Shown piece after piece: positions 36,755 to 47,163 of a DNA stretch of 54,283 nt (position 1 is the first letter of the stretch; each line of letters begins with the position of its first letter). The stretch is taken from contig CAJXOL010000002.1 of the NCBI GenBank assembly GCA_913057675.1, forward strand, positions 1-54,283, read 5' to 3'. The notes beneath the pieces were generated by a model that had not been told where the DNA came from, did no database searches, and saw nothing but the letters and a program-made list of their open reading frames with translations. Both the position numbers and the translations under genes were made by a program. Source of the DNA: an uncultured Pseudomonadota bacterium (GTDB lineage: Bacteria; Pseudomonadota; Gammaproteobacteria; Burkholderiales; Eutrophovitaceae).

Positions 36755-37798
36755 ATGATGAGACTCACACAACGCACACTATGTACGGCATTAGCTAGCG
36801 TAGCATTTCTAGGCGTGACGACGACCACAGTATTTTCCCAAGAATTTACTTTTACAATACATCATTTTTTAAGCCCAAAAGCGCCAGCCCAAACAGTTCT
36901 GATTGAACCATGGGCTAAGAAAATTGAAGCTGAATCTGGTGGCCGCATAAAATTCGAAATTTTTCCATCTATGTCGATGGGTGGAAAACCACGAGATTTA
37001 TACAAGCAGGTGCGTGATGGAGTCGCTGATATTGTTTGGACATCACCTGGTTATACGCCAGGGGTGTTTCCGCGTGTTGAAGTTTTCGAATTGCCGGGTG
37101 TTCATAACGGTGACGCCAAAGCAACAAATTTAGCAATACAAGACATGATGGGGGAAATTGGGGAAGATCTAAAAAAAATCAAACCGCTATTGATCCATGT
37201 ACATGCTGGCAATGCACTTCATACCGTTTCAAAAGATATAAAATATTTTGAAGACTTAAAAGGTCTAAAACTCCGTTCCCCTTCGCGAACAGGTGCATGG
37301 ATGGTTGAGAGTTGGGGCGCAGAGCCTGTAGGCATGCCAGTTCCAGCACTGCCTCAAGCCCTGGCAAAGAATGCAATCGATGGAGCTCTTATCCCATTTG
37401 AAGTGGCCATACCTTTAAAAATAGCAGAACTTACTGATTTTTCAGTCGAAATGCATGGTGGTGAGCGGTTTGGAACAGCAACATTTATGTTTGCAATGAA
37501 CCAAAACAGCTTTAATTCTTTGCCTGATGATTTAAAAAAAATCATCGATGATAATTCTGGTGCTGCGATTGCGCCCGCAGTGGGCGAAGCATGGAACAAT
37601 ATCGAGCCTATCGGCAAGAAAGTTGCCACTGATAAAGGTAAGAGCGTTAGTCAATTATCTGCTGCAGAATCTGCAAAATTTTCTGCTGCCAGTGCTACAG
37701 TGATTGATCGCTGGATTGGTGAAGTAAAAGGCAACAGCATTGACGGCAGAGGCCTAGTAACTAGGGCTCAGGAAGCTATAGCCAAGCATAGCAAGTAA
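36755..37798 (+). CDS. TRAP transporter substrate-binding protein (DctP family)
   Basis: It has a signal peptide and the DctP-family length and pattern. It is followed by small and large TRAP permease genes. Confidence 0.88.
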   Translation: MMRLTQRTLCTALASVAFLGVTTTTVFSQEFTFTIHHFLSPKAPAQTVLIEPWAKKIEAESGGRIKFEIFPSMSMGGKPRDLYKQVRDGVADIVWTSPGYTPGVFPRVEVFELPGVHNGDAKATNLAIQDMMGEIGEDLKKIKPLLIHVHAGNALHTVSKDIKYFEDLKGLKLRSPSRTGAWMVESWGAEPVGMPVPALPQALAKNAIDGALIPFEVAIPLKIAELTDFSVEMHGGERFGTATFMFAMNQNSFNSLPDDLKKIIDDNSGAAIAPAVGEAWNNIEPIGKKVATDKGKSVSQLSAAESAKFSAASATVIDRWIGEVKGNSIDGRGLVTRAQEAIAKHSK

Positions 37799-37864
37799 AT
37801 TTCAACTGACATGACATGTTATTTGCCATGCCAGCATATTCAAACTTGAGTTAGGACTATTGTT

Positions 37865-38386
37865 ATGCGTTTTTTTATTGAAAAATGCATTAATGCTTGG
37901 GCATTTTTTGGCGGTCTATTGCTTCTGGGTGCTGTCCTTCTGACTGGCGTGAACGTATTGGGTTTTGGCCTTGATCGTATATTGCGTCTTTTCGAAAATT
38001 CGTTTTCAGGTATTTCTGGGTATGAAGATATCGTTACACTGGCAATTGGTGTCACTGCACTAACTATGCTGCCTTATTGCCAATTGAAAGATGGAAATGT
38101 GGCAGTTGACTTATTCATGAATAAGGCACCATTCTGGGTGCAAAACCTCGTCGATCGCATCACCTCAATCTTGATGATCATTGTCGTCGCATTTTTGTCA
38201 TGCATGCTTGCGTATGGCGTGCTTGAGGTGAAATCTGATGGGGATCTTACACAGGTACTTGGCATTCCTATCTGGCCCTTCATGTGTATATCAATCATAT
38301 CCTGCTTGCTTTGGTTGGCTGCCAGTGTGCTTAGTTTATTTCCAATTAAAAGTTGCAAAAAAAATGTAGAGCAAGATCATGGGTGA
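37865..38386 (+). CDS. TRAP transporter small permease (DctQ family)
   Basis: The 173-aa product has four hydrophobic helices. It lies between the DctP and DctM genes and overlaps the DctM start. Confidence 0.8.
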   Translation: MRFFIEKCINAWAFFGGLLLLGAVLLTGVNVLGFGLDRILRLFENSFSGISGYEDIVTLAIGVTALTMLPYCQLKDGNVAVDLFMNKAPFWVQNLVDRITSILMIIVVAFLSCMLAYGVLEVKSDGDLTQVLGIPIWPFMCISIISCLLWLAASVLSLFPIKSCKKNVEQDHG

Positions 38387-39770
38387 GCGCGAACTCGTCG
38401 GCCTTGCAGGCCTCCTTTTTTTATTTATGCTCATTGGATCTCGAATCCCTGTTGCTTTATCAATGTTAGTTACAGGCATTGTGGGTTCTTTTGCGCTTAG
38501 CATCGCTGCTCCGTTTTTGAAATTCGGCCCCTATATGCTTCAGTTTAAATCTGCTCTTTGGAGTAATGTTGCAAATTATGATTTATCCGTAGTTCCTCTA
38601 TTTATTTTCATGGGGTTTTTAGCTGCTGAGGCTGGTTTGAGTCGGGATTTATTTGCTGGGTTTAGTGCGCTCTTTGGTAAAATTAGGGGTGGTGTTGCAA
38701 TGGCGGCTATTGGCGCATGCGCAGGCTTTGGCGCGGTGAGTGGTTCATCTATCGCAACGGCCAGCACGATGAGTAAAGTGTCACTTCCAGAGTTGCGCAA
38801 ACTTAAATACGATGATGGCCTTGCTACTGGAGCCCTCGCTGCAGGCGGCACGTTAGGTATTTTAATACCGCCATCGGTCGCATTAGTAATTTATGCAATC
38901 GTTGTGGAAGGCTCAATTATTGAAATGTTTCAAGCTGCGGTCTTGCCTGGATTTTTAGCGGTTGTATTTTTCATTTTTGTTATTTGGTTACGTGTTCACC
39001 TAAATCCTGAGCTGGCGCCTAAGGCAAAGGTATTGAGCAAAATTGAGCGAAATGAAGCACTTTGGCGCCTCGTTCCAGTGCTACTGATTTTTGGCACAAT
39101 CATTATGGGACTGGGCATAGGATTGTTTACGCCAACGCCAGCAGCAGCCATGGGGGTGTTGGTCATCTTGTTGTATGGTTTTATTTCTCGCTTTTTTTCG
39201 CAAACGTACCTAACACTTTCAAAACTAAGAAATTCAATTTTATCTACAGCGAAAACAGCCGGCATGATTTATTTCATTTTGTTTGCTGCAGATGTCTTGA
39301 AGGGGTTTTTCGCGCGTTCCGGTCTGCCCGTTGCACTTACAGATTTAGTGGCTAATTCAGGTTTCGAACCATATTTCATACTTGTATTAATGCTTCTTCT
39401 GCTAATCGTATTGGGCTGCTTCATGGAGTCACTATCCATGATATTGGTTGTCGTTCCATTTTTCTGGCCAACTCTGATTGAACTTAATGGAGGGGATTAC
39501 GTTACTGCGGCAGACGCAGCATTTGGCATGACAGCAGATCAGTTGATAATTTGGTTCGGTATATTAGCTCTTGTGGTCGTGGAATTAGGTCTCATCACGC
39601 CTCCTGTTGGCCTCAATGTTTTTGTTATCAAATCATTTGTACCAGACACACCTATGTCTACTATTTTTAGAGGTGTAATGCCATTTTTTGCAATTGAACT
39701 TTTGCGTGTTGCATTGCTTTTGTTATTTCCAACGTTGTGTCTTTTTCTTCCAACATATTTATCTGGGTGA
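38379..39770 (+). CDS. TRAP transporter large permease (DctM family)
   Basis: The 463-aa polytopic membrane protein has typical DctM-like composition and length. Confidence 0.9.
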   Translation: MGERELVGLAGLLFLFMLIGSRIPVALSMLVTGIVGSFALSIAAPFLKFGPYMLQFKSALWSNVANYDLSVVPLFIFMGFLAAEAGLSRDLFAGFSALFGKIRGGVAMAAIGACAGFGAVSGSSIATASTMSKVSLPELRKLKYDDGLATGALAAGGTLGILIPPSVALVIYAIVVEGSIIEMFQAAVLPGFLAVVFFIFVIWLRVHLNPELAPKAKVLSKIERNEALWRLVPVLLIFGTIIMGLGIGLFTPTPAAAMGVLVILLYGFISRFFSQTYLTLSKLRNSILSTAKTAGMIYFILFAADVLKGFFARSGLPVALTDLVANSGFEPYFILVLMLLLLIVLGCFMESLSMILVVVPFFWPTLIELNGGDYVTAADAAFGMTADQLIIWFGILALVVVELGLITPPVGLNVFVIKSFVPDTPMSTIFRGVMPFFAIELLRVALLLLFPTLCLFLPTYLSG

Positions 39771-39851
39771 AATTTTTAATTATGAGGCACAGTTCTGATG
39801 CTATCCATTCATCTAGTCCCTTAATAAACCCAAATGTGTTTTGCATAAAAC

Positions 39852-41054
39852 ATGAAGAGGCCAGTCAAAGTGAAATATAAAAAAACACAAGTGATTATTG
39901 TTGGTTCTGGGCCAGCAGGTCTTTTGTTGTCTCAACTTCTTCATAATGAAGGAATCTCTAGCATTATCGTAGATAGGCAAAGTCGTGAACGGATCGAAGG
40001 GCGAGTGCGCGCTGGTGTGCTGGAGTGGGGGAGTGTCCAGGCCTTAGAAGAGGCAAAGATTGGTGAACGGATGCACCGCGAAGGGTTGCCGCATGAAGGG
40101 TTTGATCTAGCCTTCGATGGTGAATTTCATCGTATTGATGTGGGTGGACTCACAGGTAAAAAAGTTATGGTTTACGGCCAAACTGAATTAACCATGGATT
40201 TGATTGCTCAGCGTTTAGAACAGGGTTGTGAGATTGTATTTTCTGCTGGAGATGTTCAACCAACAGATGTAACTTCCAACACGCCAAAAATACAATACAC
40301 CAAGGATGGTGAAACGGTTGAAATTGAAGGTGATTATATTACGGGATGCGATGGTTTTCACGGCGTTTGCCGTCAAACAATACCCAGCACTGTACTGAAA
40401 ACATATGAAAAGGTTTATCCTTTCGGATGGCTTGGTGTTCTAGTTGAAAAGCCACCTGTTTCTGACGAGTTAATCTATGCAAACCATCAACGTGGATTTG
40501 CCTTGTGTTCCATGCGCTCCAAAACGCGTAGCCGATATTATATTCAGTGTCCATTAACTGATAACGTTGAAGATTGGTCTGATCAGCGGTTTTGGGATGA
40601 GTTGTCACTTCGTGTTGGGCCTGATGTCGCAAGAAATTTGGAAACGGGTGACAGTTTTGAAAAGTCAATCGCACCTTTACGCAGTTTCGTTGCTGAACCG
40701 ATGCGTTATGGCAATATGTTTTTGGCAGGTGATGCAGCCCATATCGTACCTCCGACAGGAGCAAAGGGACTTAACCTTGCTATTGCAGATATCCGCGTTT
40801 TGTCTCGAGGATTGATTGAGCACTATAAAAAATCTAATAATCATTATTTGGAACGTTATTCTGATATTTGTTTGAAGCGTGTTTGGAAAGTCGAGCGATT
40901 TTCATGGTTTATGTCGACCATGCTGCATCAGTTTCCTGAGTTCAGTGCATTTGAAAAACGCATGCAGCGGGCAGAATTTGATCACATACAAGGATCAGAA
41001 ACAGCTTCAAGTTCTATTGCTGAAAACTATGTTGGGTTACCTTTAGAAATGTAA
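39852..41054 (+). CDS. pobA: 4-hydroxybenzoate 3-monooxygenase
   Basis: The sequence KTQVIIVGSGPAGLLLSQLLH...RVRAGVLE...FLAGDAAHIVPPTGAKGLNLA matches PobA throughout. An alternative GTG start at 39870 is possible. Confidence 0.92.
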   Translation: MKRPVKVKYKKTQVIIVGSGPAGLLLSQLLHNEGISSIIVDRQSRERIEGRVRAGVLEWGSVQALEEAKIGERMHREGLPHEGFDLAFDGEFHRIDVGGLTGKKVMVYGQTELTMDLIAQRLEQGCEIVFSAGDVQPTDVTSNTPKIQYTKDGETVEIEGDYITGCDGFHGVCRQTIPSTVLKTYEKVYPFGWLGVLVEKPPVSDELIYANHQRGFALCSMRSKTRSRYYIQCPLTDNVEDWSDQRFWDELSLRVGPDVARNLETGDSFEKSIAPLRSFVAEPMRYGNMFLAGDAAHIVPPTGAKGLNLAIADIRVLSRGLIEHYKKSNNHYLERYSDICLKRVWKVERFSWFMSTMLHQFPEFSAFEKRMQRAEFDHIQGSETASSSIAENYVGLPLEM

Positions 41055-41080
41055 GGCTATAAACGGCAGGAGTGAAATAA

Positions 41081-41461
41081 ATGACGGATATTCGCAAAAA
41101 GGGAATGGCAACACGGCGTGAAGTACTCGGCAATACTCACGTAGATAAAGCAGAACGGAATAAGACATCATTTGATAAACCGTTCCAGGCAATGATTACC
41201 GAGAGCGCATGGGGGCATGTATGGTCTAGTGATGGTTTCACTAAAAGGGAACGCTCTATCGTTACAATTGCGCTGTTGGCAGGGCTTGGTCACTATGAAG
41301 AGTTGGAAATGCACATAAGAGCGACCGTAAATACGGGTGCCACGCCTGATGACATTCGCGAGGCACTAATGCATGTGGCGATTTATGCCGGTGTGCCTAA
41401 TGCAAATCACGCGATAAAAATTGCGAAAAAGGTTTTTCAAGAAATGGGAGAAGACTGTTGA
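41081..41461 (+). CDS. pcaC: 4-carboxymuconolactone decarboxylase
   Basis: The 126-aa product has a carboxymuconolactone decarboxylase domain ([27 protein letters not shown]...EL.MH). It sits within the pca cluster. Confidence 0.88.
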   Translation: MTDIRKKGMATRREVLGNTHVDKAERNKTSFDKPFQAMITESAWGHVWSSDGFTKRERSIVTIALLAGLGHYEELEMHIRATVNTGATPDDIREALMHVAIYAGVPNANHAIKIAKKVFQEMGEDC

Positions 41462-42192
41462 TGGAGCGCTCAAACCAAAGTTTTTCGAAACGAAATTATT
41501 CTTCTCAACCAAAAGCCAATTATCCTGACTATCGTTCAACGATTTTGCGCCACCAAGAGCACAAACTTGTTGCGTTACCACAAACGCTAGCAGATACAAG
41601 AGGTCCTGCATTTGGTCATATGGCGTTAGGAGACAGCGATCATGATTTGATCATTAATTATGCCTCGACGGGTTTGGGCGCAATTGGTGAACGTATTGTA
41701 GTGGCTGGAAAGGTTTTAGATGAGTCAGGCAAGCCAGTTCCTAACGCACTGATTGAAGTATGGCAGGCCAATGCGGGAGGACGATATCGTCATAAAAATG
41801 ACACATATCTAGCGCCTCTTGATCCAAATTTTGGCGGTTGTGGACGCTGTTTGACTGACCAAGAAGGTAATTATGTTTTTCGTACGATTAAGCCGGGAGC
41901 GTACCCTTGGCCAAACGGCGGCAATGACTGGCGTCCTGCACACATTCATTTTTCGATCTTTGGTCAAGCCTTTGCTCAGCGCCTCATGACACAAATGTAT
42001 TTTGAAGGCGATCCACATATTCAAATTTGCCCGATCCTGCAATCGATTGGAGATACACGAGCGGTAAATCAATTGGTAGCTCGTCTCGACATGGCGCATT
42101 CTGTTCCAATGGATTTGATAGCTTATCGATTTGATCTCATTTTACGCGGACCAAACGCCACAATGTTTGAAAACAACTTGGAGGGCATTTGA
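41458..42192 (+). CDS. pcaH: Protocatechuate 3,4-dioxygenase beta subunit
   Basis: It contains [16 protein letters not shown]...[19 protein letters not shown], the intradiol dioxygenase signature with its Tyr/His ligands. Confidence 0.93.
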   Translation: MMERSNQSFSKRNYSSQPKANYPDYRSTILRHQEHKLVALPQTLADTRGPAFGHMALGDSDHDLIINYASTGLGAIGERIVVAGKVLDESGKPVPNALIEVWQANAGGRYRHKNDTYLAPLDPNFGGCGRCLTDQEGNYVFRTIKPGAYPWPNGGNDWRPAHIHFSIFGQAFAQRLMTQMYFEGDPHIQICPILQSIGDTRAVNQLVARLDMAHSVPMDLIAYRFDLILRGPNATMFENNLEGI

Positions 42193-42193
42193 T

Positions 42194-42796
42194 ATGGAGT
42201 CTCTAGACATTCGTCGCGCGCGTCCTGCTAAAACCAATGCTGAAATTCCACTGCGCGAAACTGCATTTCAAACCGCTGGGCCATATGTACATATCGGTTG
42301 CTTACCTAATAGCGTGGGAGTTAAAGGCATCTATGCGGATGATCTTACATGTAACAAACCTTTGACAAATGCACCCATGACAATTAGCGGAAAAGTGTTC
42401 GAGGGTGAAAGCGTTGTCTGTAAAGATATGATGCTTGAGTTTTGGCATGCGGATGAAAAAGGTTGCTATGACAATGGCATATGGCACCGCTCAAGCACCA
42501 ATTTAGACAGTGGTATATTCTCGATCAAAACACAGATGCCAGGTAAAACACAAACTGCTGAAGGTAAAGTGCTCGCTCCTTTTATATCAGTTTGGATCAC
42601 GGCGCGAGGTATAAATGTCGGGCTCCTAACTCGTATCTATTTCCCGGAACATGAAAGCATATTCAACGAAGATCCGCATATGGCACTGGTATCTGAAAAT
42701 CGTCGAAGCACATTGCTGGCAAAGGCGGTGGATGGCGGATATCATTTTGATATTCATTTGCAGGGAGCGGCTGAGACCGTGTTTTTTGATGTGTGA
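42194..42796 (+). CDS. pcaG: Protocatechuate 3,4-dioxygenase alpha subunit
   Basis: The ATG at 42194 lies directly after the pcaH stop. The sequence TAFQTAGPYVHIG...EFWHADEKG...TRIYFPE is typical of PcaG. Confidence 0.9.
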   Translation: MESLDIRRARPAKTNAEIPLRETAFQTAGPYVHIGCLPNSVGVKGIYADDLTCNKPLTNAPMTISGKVFEGESVVCKDMMLEFWHADEKGCYDNGIWHRSSTNLDSGIFSIKTQMPGKTQTAEGKVLAPFISVWITARGINVGLLTRIYFPEHESIFNEDPHMALVSENRRSTLLAKAVDGGYHFDIHLQGAAETVFFDV

Positions 42797-42868
42797 TTGC
42801 TATGAATGAAACTCTTAAACCCTTGGTGTCTGCTGTCTCACCTATTCGTGATGGAGGGCGCATGAATT

Positions 42869-43675
42869 ATGCTAAAAACCATAAAGATTAATGCTCACTA
42901 CGTCCATTATGAATATCTTAAAACTGATCCTGAAAAATCAACATTGGTGTTCATCAATTCACTAGGAACGGATCATAGGATATGGTCGTATGTGGTGGCA
43001 GAGTTGGGTCAAAATTTCAATATTTTGAAGTATGACAAACAGGGGCATGGATTATCTGAGCAAACGAGCAAGAGGCTCTCTATCAGCGACTATGCTGATG
43101 ATTTGATAGCTCTCGTCTCTGCACTTTCTATAGATAGAGTGATACCAATAGGCTTGTCTATTGGCGGATTAATTGCACAAGAGCTCTATCGAAAGCGATG
43201 TGACTTGGTGGAAAAACTCATACTCACAAATACCGCAACTATCATAGGTTCTAAGGTGGGTTGGAATCAACGCATTCAGGCCGTTGAGGATAATGGATTA
43301 GCTAGCATTTCTGATCTAATTTTGAGCAAATGGTTCGGGCCTGGTTTTGCTATAAAAAATCCAGACCGCTTTGCGGTTGCTAAAGGGATATTGTTGCAAA
43401 CCCCTGATGCAGGATATATAGCCGCCTGCGAAGCTTTGTCCAATGCCGATCTGACAGCGTTCGCTCCTAATATACAGGTGCCAACTCTTTGCATTGCAGG
43501 GGGAGATGACCAAGCAACGCCAACTGGTGTTGTGAGGGCTATGGCCAATTTAATTCCACAAAGCGATTTTTATGAATTGTCTGGTGTTGGACATATTCCA
43601 TGCCTTGAAGCTGAGCAGGAGTTCGCCCAAGTGGTACAAAACTTTTTGGGTAAACATGGGGGAACCGATTTATGA
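42869..43675 (+). CDS. pcaD: 3-oxoadipate enol-lactonase
   Basis: It has an alpha/beta-hydrolase fold with the nucleophile elbow GLSIGG and a C-terminal His (GVGHIP). It sits in the pca cluster. Confidence 0.85.
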   Translation: MLKTIKINAHYVHYEYLKTDPEKSTLVFINSLGTDHRIWSYVVAELGQNFNILKYDKQGHGLSEQTSKRLSISDYADDLIALVSALSIDRVIPIGLSIGGLIAQELYRKRCDLVEKLILTNTATIIGSKVGWNQRIQAVEDNGLASISDLILSKWFGPGFAIKNPDRFAVAKGILLQTPDAGYIAACEALSNADLTAFAPNIQVPTLCIAGGDDQATPTGVVRAMANLIPQSDFYELSGVGHIPCLEAEQEFAQVVQNFLGKHGGTDL

Positions 43676-44727
43676 GTTACGCAATAGGCTCTGGTCATCT
43701 TATGTTTGCATTCTCACAAGAGAAAAATGTTCAGGAGCTATTCAGCGTTAATACTGATATGTCTGCAATGATTGCTTTTGAAAAGGCCTTGACTACTGCT
43801 CTCAGTCGGTATGATCTCATTCCATCAAAAAATGCACAGCAAATCATGGATGTGCTGGATAAGTTCGTACCTGATATGGATAACATACAGAATGAGTTTA
43901 AACGTGACGGCGTTGCACCACCTGCTCTAGTTCACCAAATTCGTAATCAATTAAATGATGAGTCTAAAACCAGTTTTCATTATGGTGCGACCAGTCAAGA
44001 CTTAATCGATACCAGCGTGATGATGCGCATGAGAGATAGCGTAGCTATTATTTCTCAAAATTTGAAAGATTTAAATTTGAAATTAAAAGAACTTGCCTCT
44101 TCGCATTCCAATGACAAAGTGTTGATGGCAAGAACCCGAATGCAAAATGCTTTACCCATTTCAGTGCCAGAAAAAATAGGTAATTGGCAGTCTCAAATAG
44201 AAGTTTTACTTACATCAATGCCGCAAAAATTTTTTCTCCAGTTGGGAGGTCCCGAAGGGGCAGCAAGACAATTTGGCGATAGTTATCATGATATTTCAAA
44301 CGATATGGCTTCAACATTAGGACTAACAGCTGCAAAGCATGCTTGGCATACAGACCGTCAACAAGTAACAAACATCTGTTTTTGGTTTACCCAAGCCGCT
44401 ACTGTAATGGGGAAAATTGCCCAAGACGTTTTATTTATGGCTCAAAGTGATGTGGGCGAAGCACGTATTGAAGACGGGGGCTCTTCTTCTGCTATGAATC
44501 ACAAAAAAAATCCCGTCTTAGCAGAGGTTATACTTGCACAAGCTCAATATTGTCATACTCAGATGAGCGGACTAAATACAGCATCTATCCATGAAAATGA
44601 ACGTTCAGGAACTGCATGGACCTTGGAATGGATGCTTGTTCCAGCATTGCTCATAACAAGTGCTAATACTGTGGTGAACACGAAGGAGTTGATTAAAAAT
44701 ATTACGATACAATCAGCTACTTATTAG
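43672..44727 (+). CDS. pcaB: 3-carboxy-cis,cis-muconate cycloisomerase (short ~350-aa form)
   Basis: It has the fumarate-lyase superfamily signature GSSSAMNHKKNP and the sequence ATSQDLIDT. Its start overlaps the pcaD stop (ATGA). Confidence 0.85.
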   Translation: MSYAIGSGHLMFAFSQEKNVQELFSVNTDMSAMIAFEKALTTALSRYDLIPSKNAQQIMDVLDKFVPDMDNIQNEFKRDGVAPPALVHQIRNQLNDESKTSFHYGATSQDLIDTSVMMRMRDSVAIISQNLKDLNLKLKELASSHSNDKVLMARTRMQNALPISVPEKIGNWQSQIEVLLTSMPQKFFLQLGGPEGAARQFGDSYHDISNDMASTLGLTAAKHAWHTDRQQVTNICFWFTQAATVMGKIAQDVLFMAQSDVGEARIEDGGSSSAMNHKKNPVLAEVILAQAQYCHTQMSGLNTASIHENERSGTAWTLEWMLVPALLITSANTVVNTKELIKNITIQSATY

Positions 44728-44829
44728 GTTTATAAGTCATTTTCCCCATCAGCATCCTCACTAATTAGAAAAATACAGTGTTGTCTCGTAAAAATTCATC
44801 CGTTAGATCGATATTCATCGATTCGGTTA

Positions 44830-45228
44830 CTACTCAATCGGTGCAATAGTCTCGGTTGTGAAAGTCACTTGTTTCAGGTTGGGAGCTCCACCAGATTGAA
44901 TTGAGCCCGTTACAGAAACATTTACCCCAATCAATTCATTAAATTTTAAGGCTGATTCATCAGTATTAAATTTGAGAAATACAAATTTAATGTTTGGTAT
45001 CGATGGGCAATTAGCAATCTCTGCATCCTCTAAAATGGTGAGGTCAGCTTGTAAACGAAGCAATGGCTGTTGAGTGTCGGCATTGATGAATCCTTCTCCA
45101 ACCAACGTGACTTCGTTTAGACAGGTAGTCACGACCGGGTCATATGGATATTTTGGCGTCATCGCGGAGACACTCAAAATCACAGTTGAGGTGCAGTATA
45201 TTAAAAGAGTTTGCAATAGCTTTACCAT
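44830..45228 (-). CDS. Hypothetical exported protein
   Basis: The ATG at 45228 is preceded by AGGA and gives a signal-like N-terminus (MVKLLQTLLIYCTSTVILSVSA). I recognise no family. Confidence 0.5.
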   Translation of the reverse strand: MVKLLQTLLIYCTSTVILSVSAMTPKYPYDPVVTTCLNEVTLVGEGFINADTQQPLLRLQADLTILEDAEIANCPSIPNIKFVFLKFNTDESALKFNELIGVNVSVTGSIQSGGAPNLKQVTFTTETIAPIE

Positions 45229-45320
45229 ATCAAATCCTGTGGGGCGTTCTTGCACTGTGTTATTCGGTTTACACTAGTTAAACAACATTATCGCCTAAAA
45301 CTTAAATAATAATCGAACTG

Positions 45321-47132
45321 ATGAAACGTATCCCTTGGCCAGCCCCCATTGTGCCGGCAGATTATGAAATCCGAGATGGGGATATTTATTCTCGTGTTTA
45401 CGATGATGTGTATTTTCAGAAATCTGGTGGTCTGGCAGAGAAACGTTATGTTTTTGTGGAGACGAACAATCTTAATGAGAGGTTTCGTAACGCACATAAA
45501 ATCACAATACTAGAACTTGGATTTGGTCTTGGTTTGAATTTGTTGGCAACATTGGATGCTCACACATCTGTTGGTAATGGGTGCGTTTTAGATTACGTGG
45601 CGTTTGAAAAACATCCTTTTGATAAAGACTCATTACGACAGTGTTTGCGAAAGGTCATTGGTGATCATGCGCATGCGGATGTCATCATCAATAATCTACC
45701 TCCAGTATTGTCGGGTTTCCATCGCATTCGCCTTTACCCGAAGGTGATGCTCACTCTTATTTACGGAGAGGCTCTGTCTGCTATCAAAGAGCTTGAGGCA
45801 TCTGTGGACGTGTTTTATTTAGACGGTTTCTCTCCTCAGAAAAATGAGGATTTATGGGCAGCGCGATTATTTTCCAGTTTTAGACGTCTTGCGGCTGAGG
45901 GTGCAACCTTTAGCACTTACAGCAGTGCGAGTGACGTACGACGCGGTATGACTCACGCCGGATTTGACGTTAAGAGAAAGCGGGGCTTCGGGCTAAAGCG
46001 AGAAATGCTCTTCGGTACTATTTCTCACAAAGCACAACAAATGCGAAAGGCTTTCGATCCGGTCACGGTTGTTGGGGCTGGAATTGCTGGTTGTTCTGTG
46101 GCGCTGCGTACCAGTGAGTTGGGTGTCGATACAACAATCATTGAGTCGGGCCAGACGATAATGGGGCAGGGTTCGAGTAATCCCTTGCCGCTTGTTCGCC
46201 CATTAGTATCGCTTGATTTTGGTCCCAGAGGTCAGTTTAGTTGGTACGCATACTTCTATGCGATTCAATTTTACCGCTCGCTGTCGCGTGTGCACCCAAT
46301 TGGGTGGTCCGAAACAGGCGCAATTCAAGTGCCTCAGTCCGATAGTGAGTGGCAAAAGATGTGTGATGCAATGATGCGTCTAGATCTTGGTGAGGAAGTA
46401 CTAAGCATGCTTAATGATGCTAGTGATGATCTCCGGGGTTTCGGTGATTGTGGTATTGGAATGACTGCAGCTGGTCAACTGCGAGAGTGCCAAATTGGTC
46501 TTGCCAATCTATTGCGCAAGCAATCTGTGGAGTTGTTGATAGATTCCCCTGTTTCAAGGCTGTTTAAACGCGATAATCATTTTGAGCTCGATGTCGCGGG
46601 TCGTTCGCTTGATGTGACAAGTCCTTTGGTTTTAGCTAACGCCCAGAGTGTGCAACAGTTATTACCTCACGTTAATATGAGGTTGCAAAATATTCGTGGT
46701 CAATCGACCAAAATATCTGGTTTGAATCTCACTCTTGATTCGGCAGTGTGTGGTGATGGTTACATTGCGGGACTGGGTGAAGGGAGCGTGTGGTCATCTG
46801 GAACCTTTGATGTGGATAGCGACTCAATAGAGTGTCGCGACGAAGATAATGCAGAGAATATGCAGCGTTTAGATCGTGTGTTAGGTTCGGTTTATCGCGG
46901 CGCGCAGGAAACGGTTACTGATGCTTGGGTGGGTGTTCGATATGCCACGCATGATCGAATGCCTCATGTGGGGTTTGTTGACGATGGCCTATACGCGCTA
47001 ACAGGACTTGGGTCTAGAGGTTTTACCTGGGGGCCTTTAGCTGCAGAAGTGCTGGTGTCTGAATTGCTCGGGCTGTCTTGTCCGGTCGAGCGCAGCTTAA
47101 AGGCACGTATGAATCCGCTGAGATTTAGATGA
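45321..47132 (+). CDS. mnmC: Bifunctional tRNA (mnm5s2U34) methyltransferase / FAD-dependent cmnm5s2U34 oxidoreductase
   Basis: The N-terminal half is MnmC-type methyltransferase (SRVYDDVYFQKSGGLAEKRYVF...FYLDGFSPQKNEDLW). The C-terminal half is a DAO domain (VTVVGAGIAGCSVA). Confidence 0.88.
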   Translation: MKRIPWPAPIVPADYEIRDGDIYSRVYDDVYFQKSGGLAEKRYVFVETNNLNERFRNAHKITILELGFGLGLNLLATLDAHTSVGNGCVLDYVAFEKHPFDKDSLRQCLRKVIGDHAHADVIINNLPPVLSGFHRIRLYPKVMLTLIYGEALSAIKELEASVDVFYLDGFSPQKNEDLWAARLFSSFRRLAAEGATFSTYSSASDVRRGMTHAGFDVKRKRGFGLKREMLFGTISHKAQQMRKAFDPVTVVGAGIAGCSVALRTSELGVDTTIIESGQTIMGQGSSNPLPLVRPLVSLDFGPRGQFSWYAYFYAIQFYRSLSRVHPIGWSETGAIQVPQSDSEWQKMCDAMMRLDLGEEVLSMLNDASDDLRGFGDCGIGMTAAGQLRECQIGLANLLRKQSVELLIDSPVSRLFKRDNHFELDVAGRSLDVTSPLVLANAQSVQQLLPHVNMRLQNIRGQSTKISGLNLTLDSAVCGDGYIAGLGEGSVWSSGTFDVDSDSIECRDEDNAENMQRLDRVLGSVYRGAQETVTDAWVGVRYATHDRMPHVGFVDDGLYALTGLGSRGFTWGPLAAEVLVSELLGLSCPVERSLKARMNPLRFR

Positions 47133-47163
47133 GTGATAATGTAGAAAATATAATGGAAATGTC

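Noticed and set aside
42131-42193. Upstream extension of pcaG overlapping the pcaH 3' end
   Set aside because: The ATG at 42194 lies directly after the pcaH stop and gives a normal PcaG N-terminus. The extension is read from the pcaH coding region in another frame.
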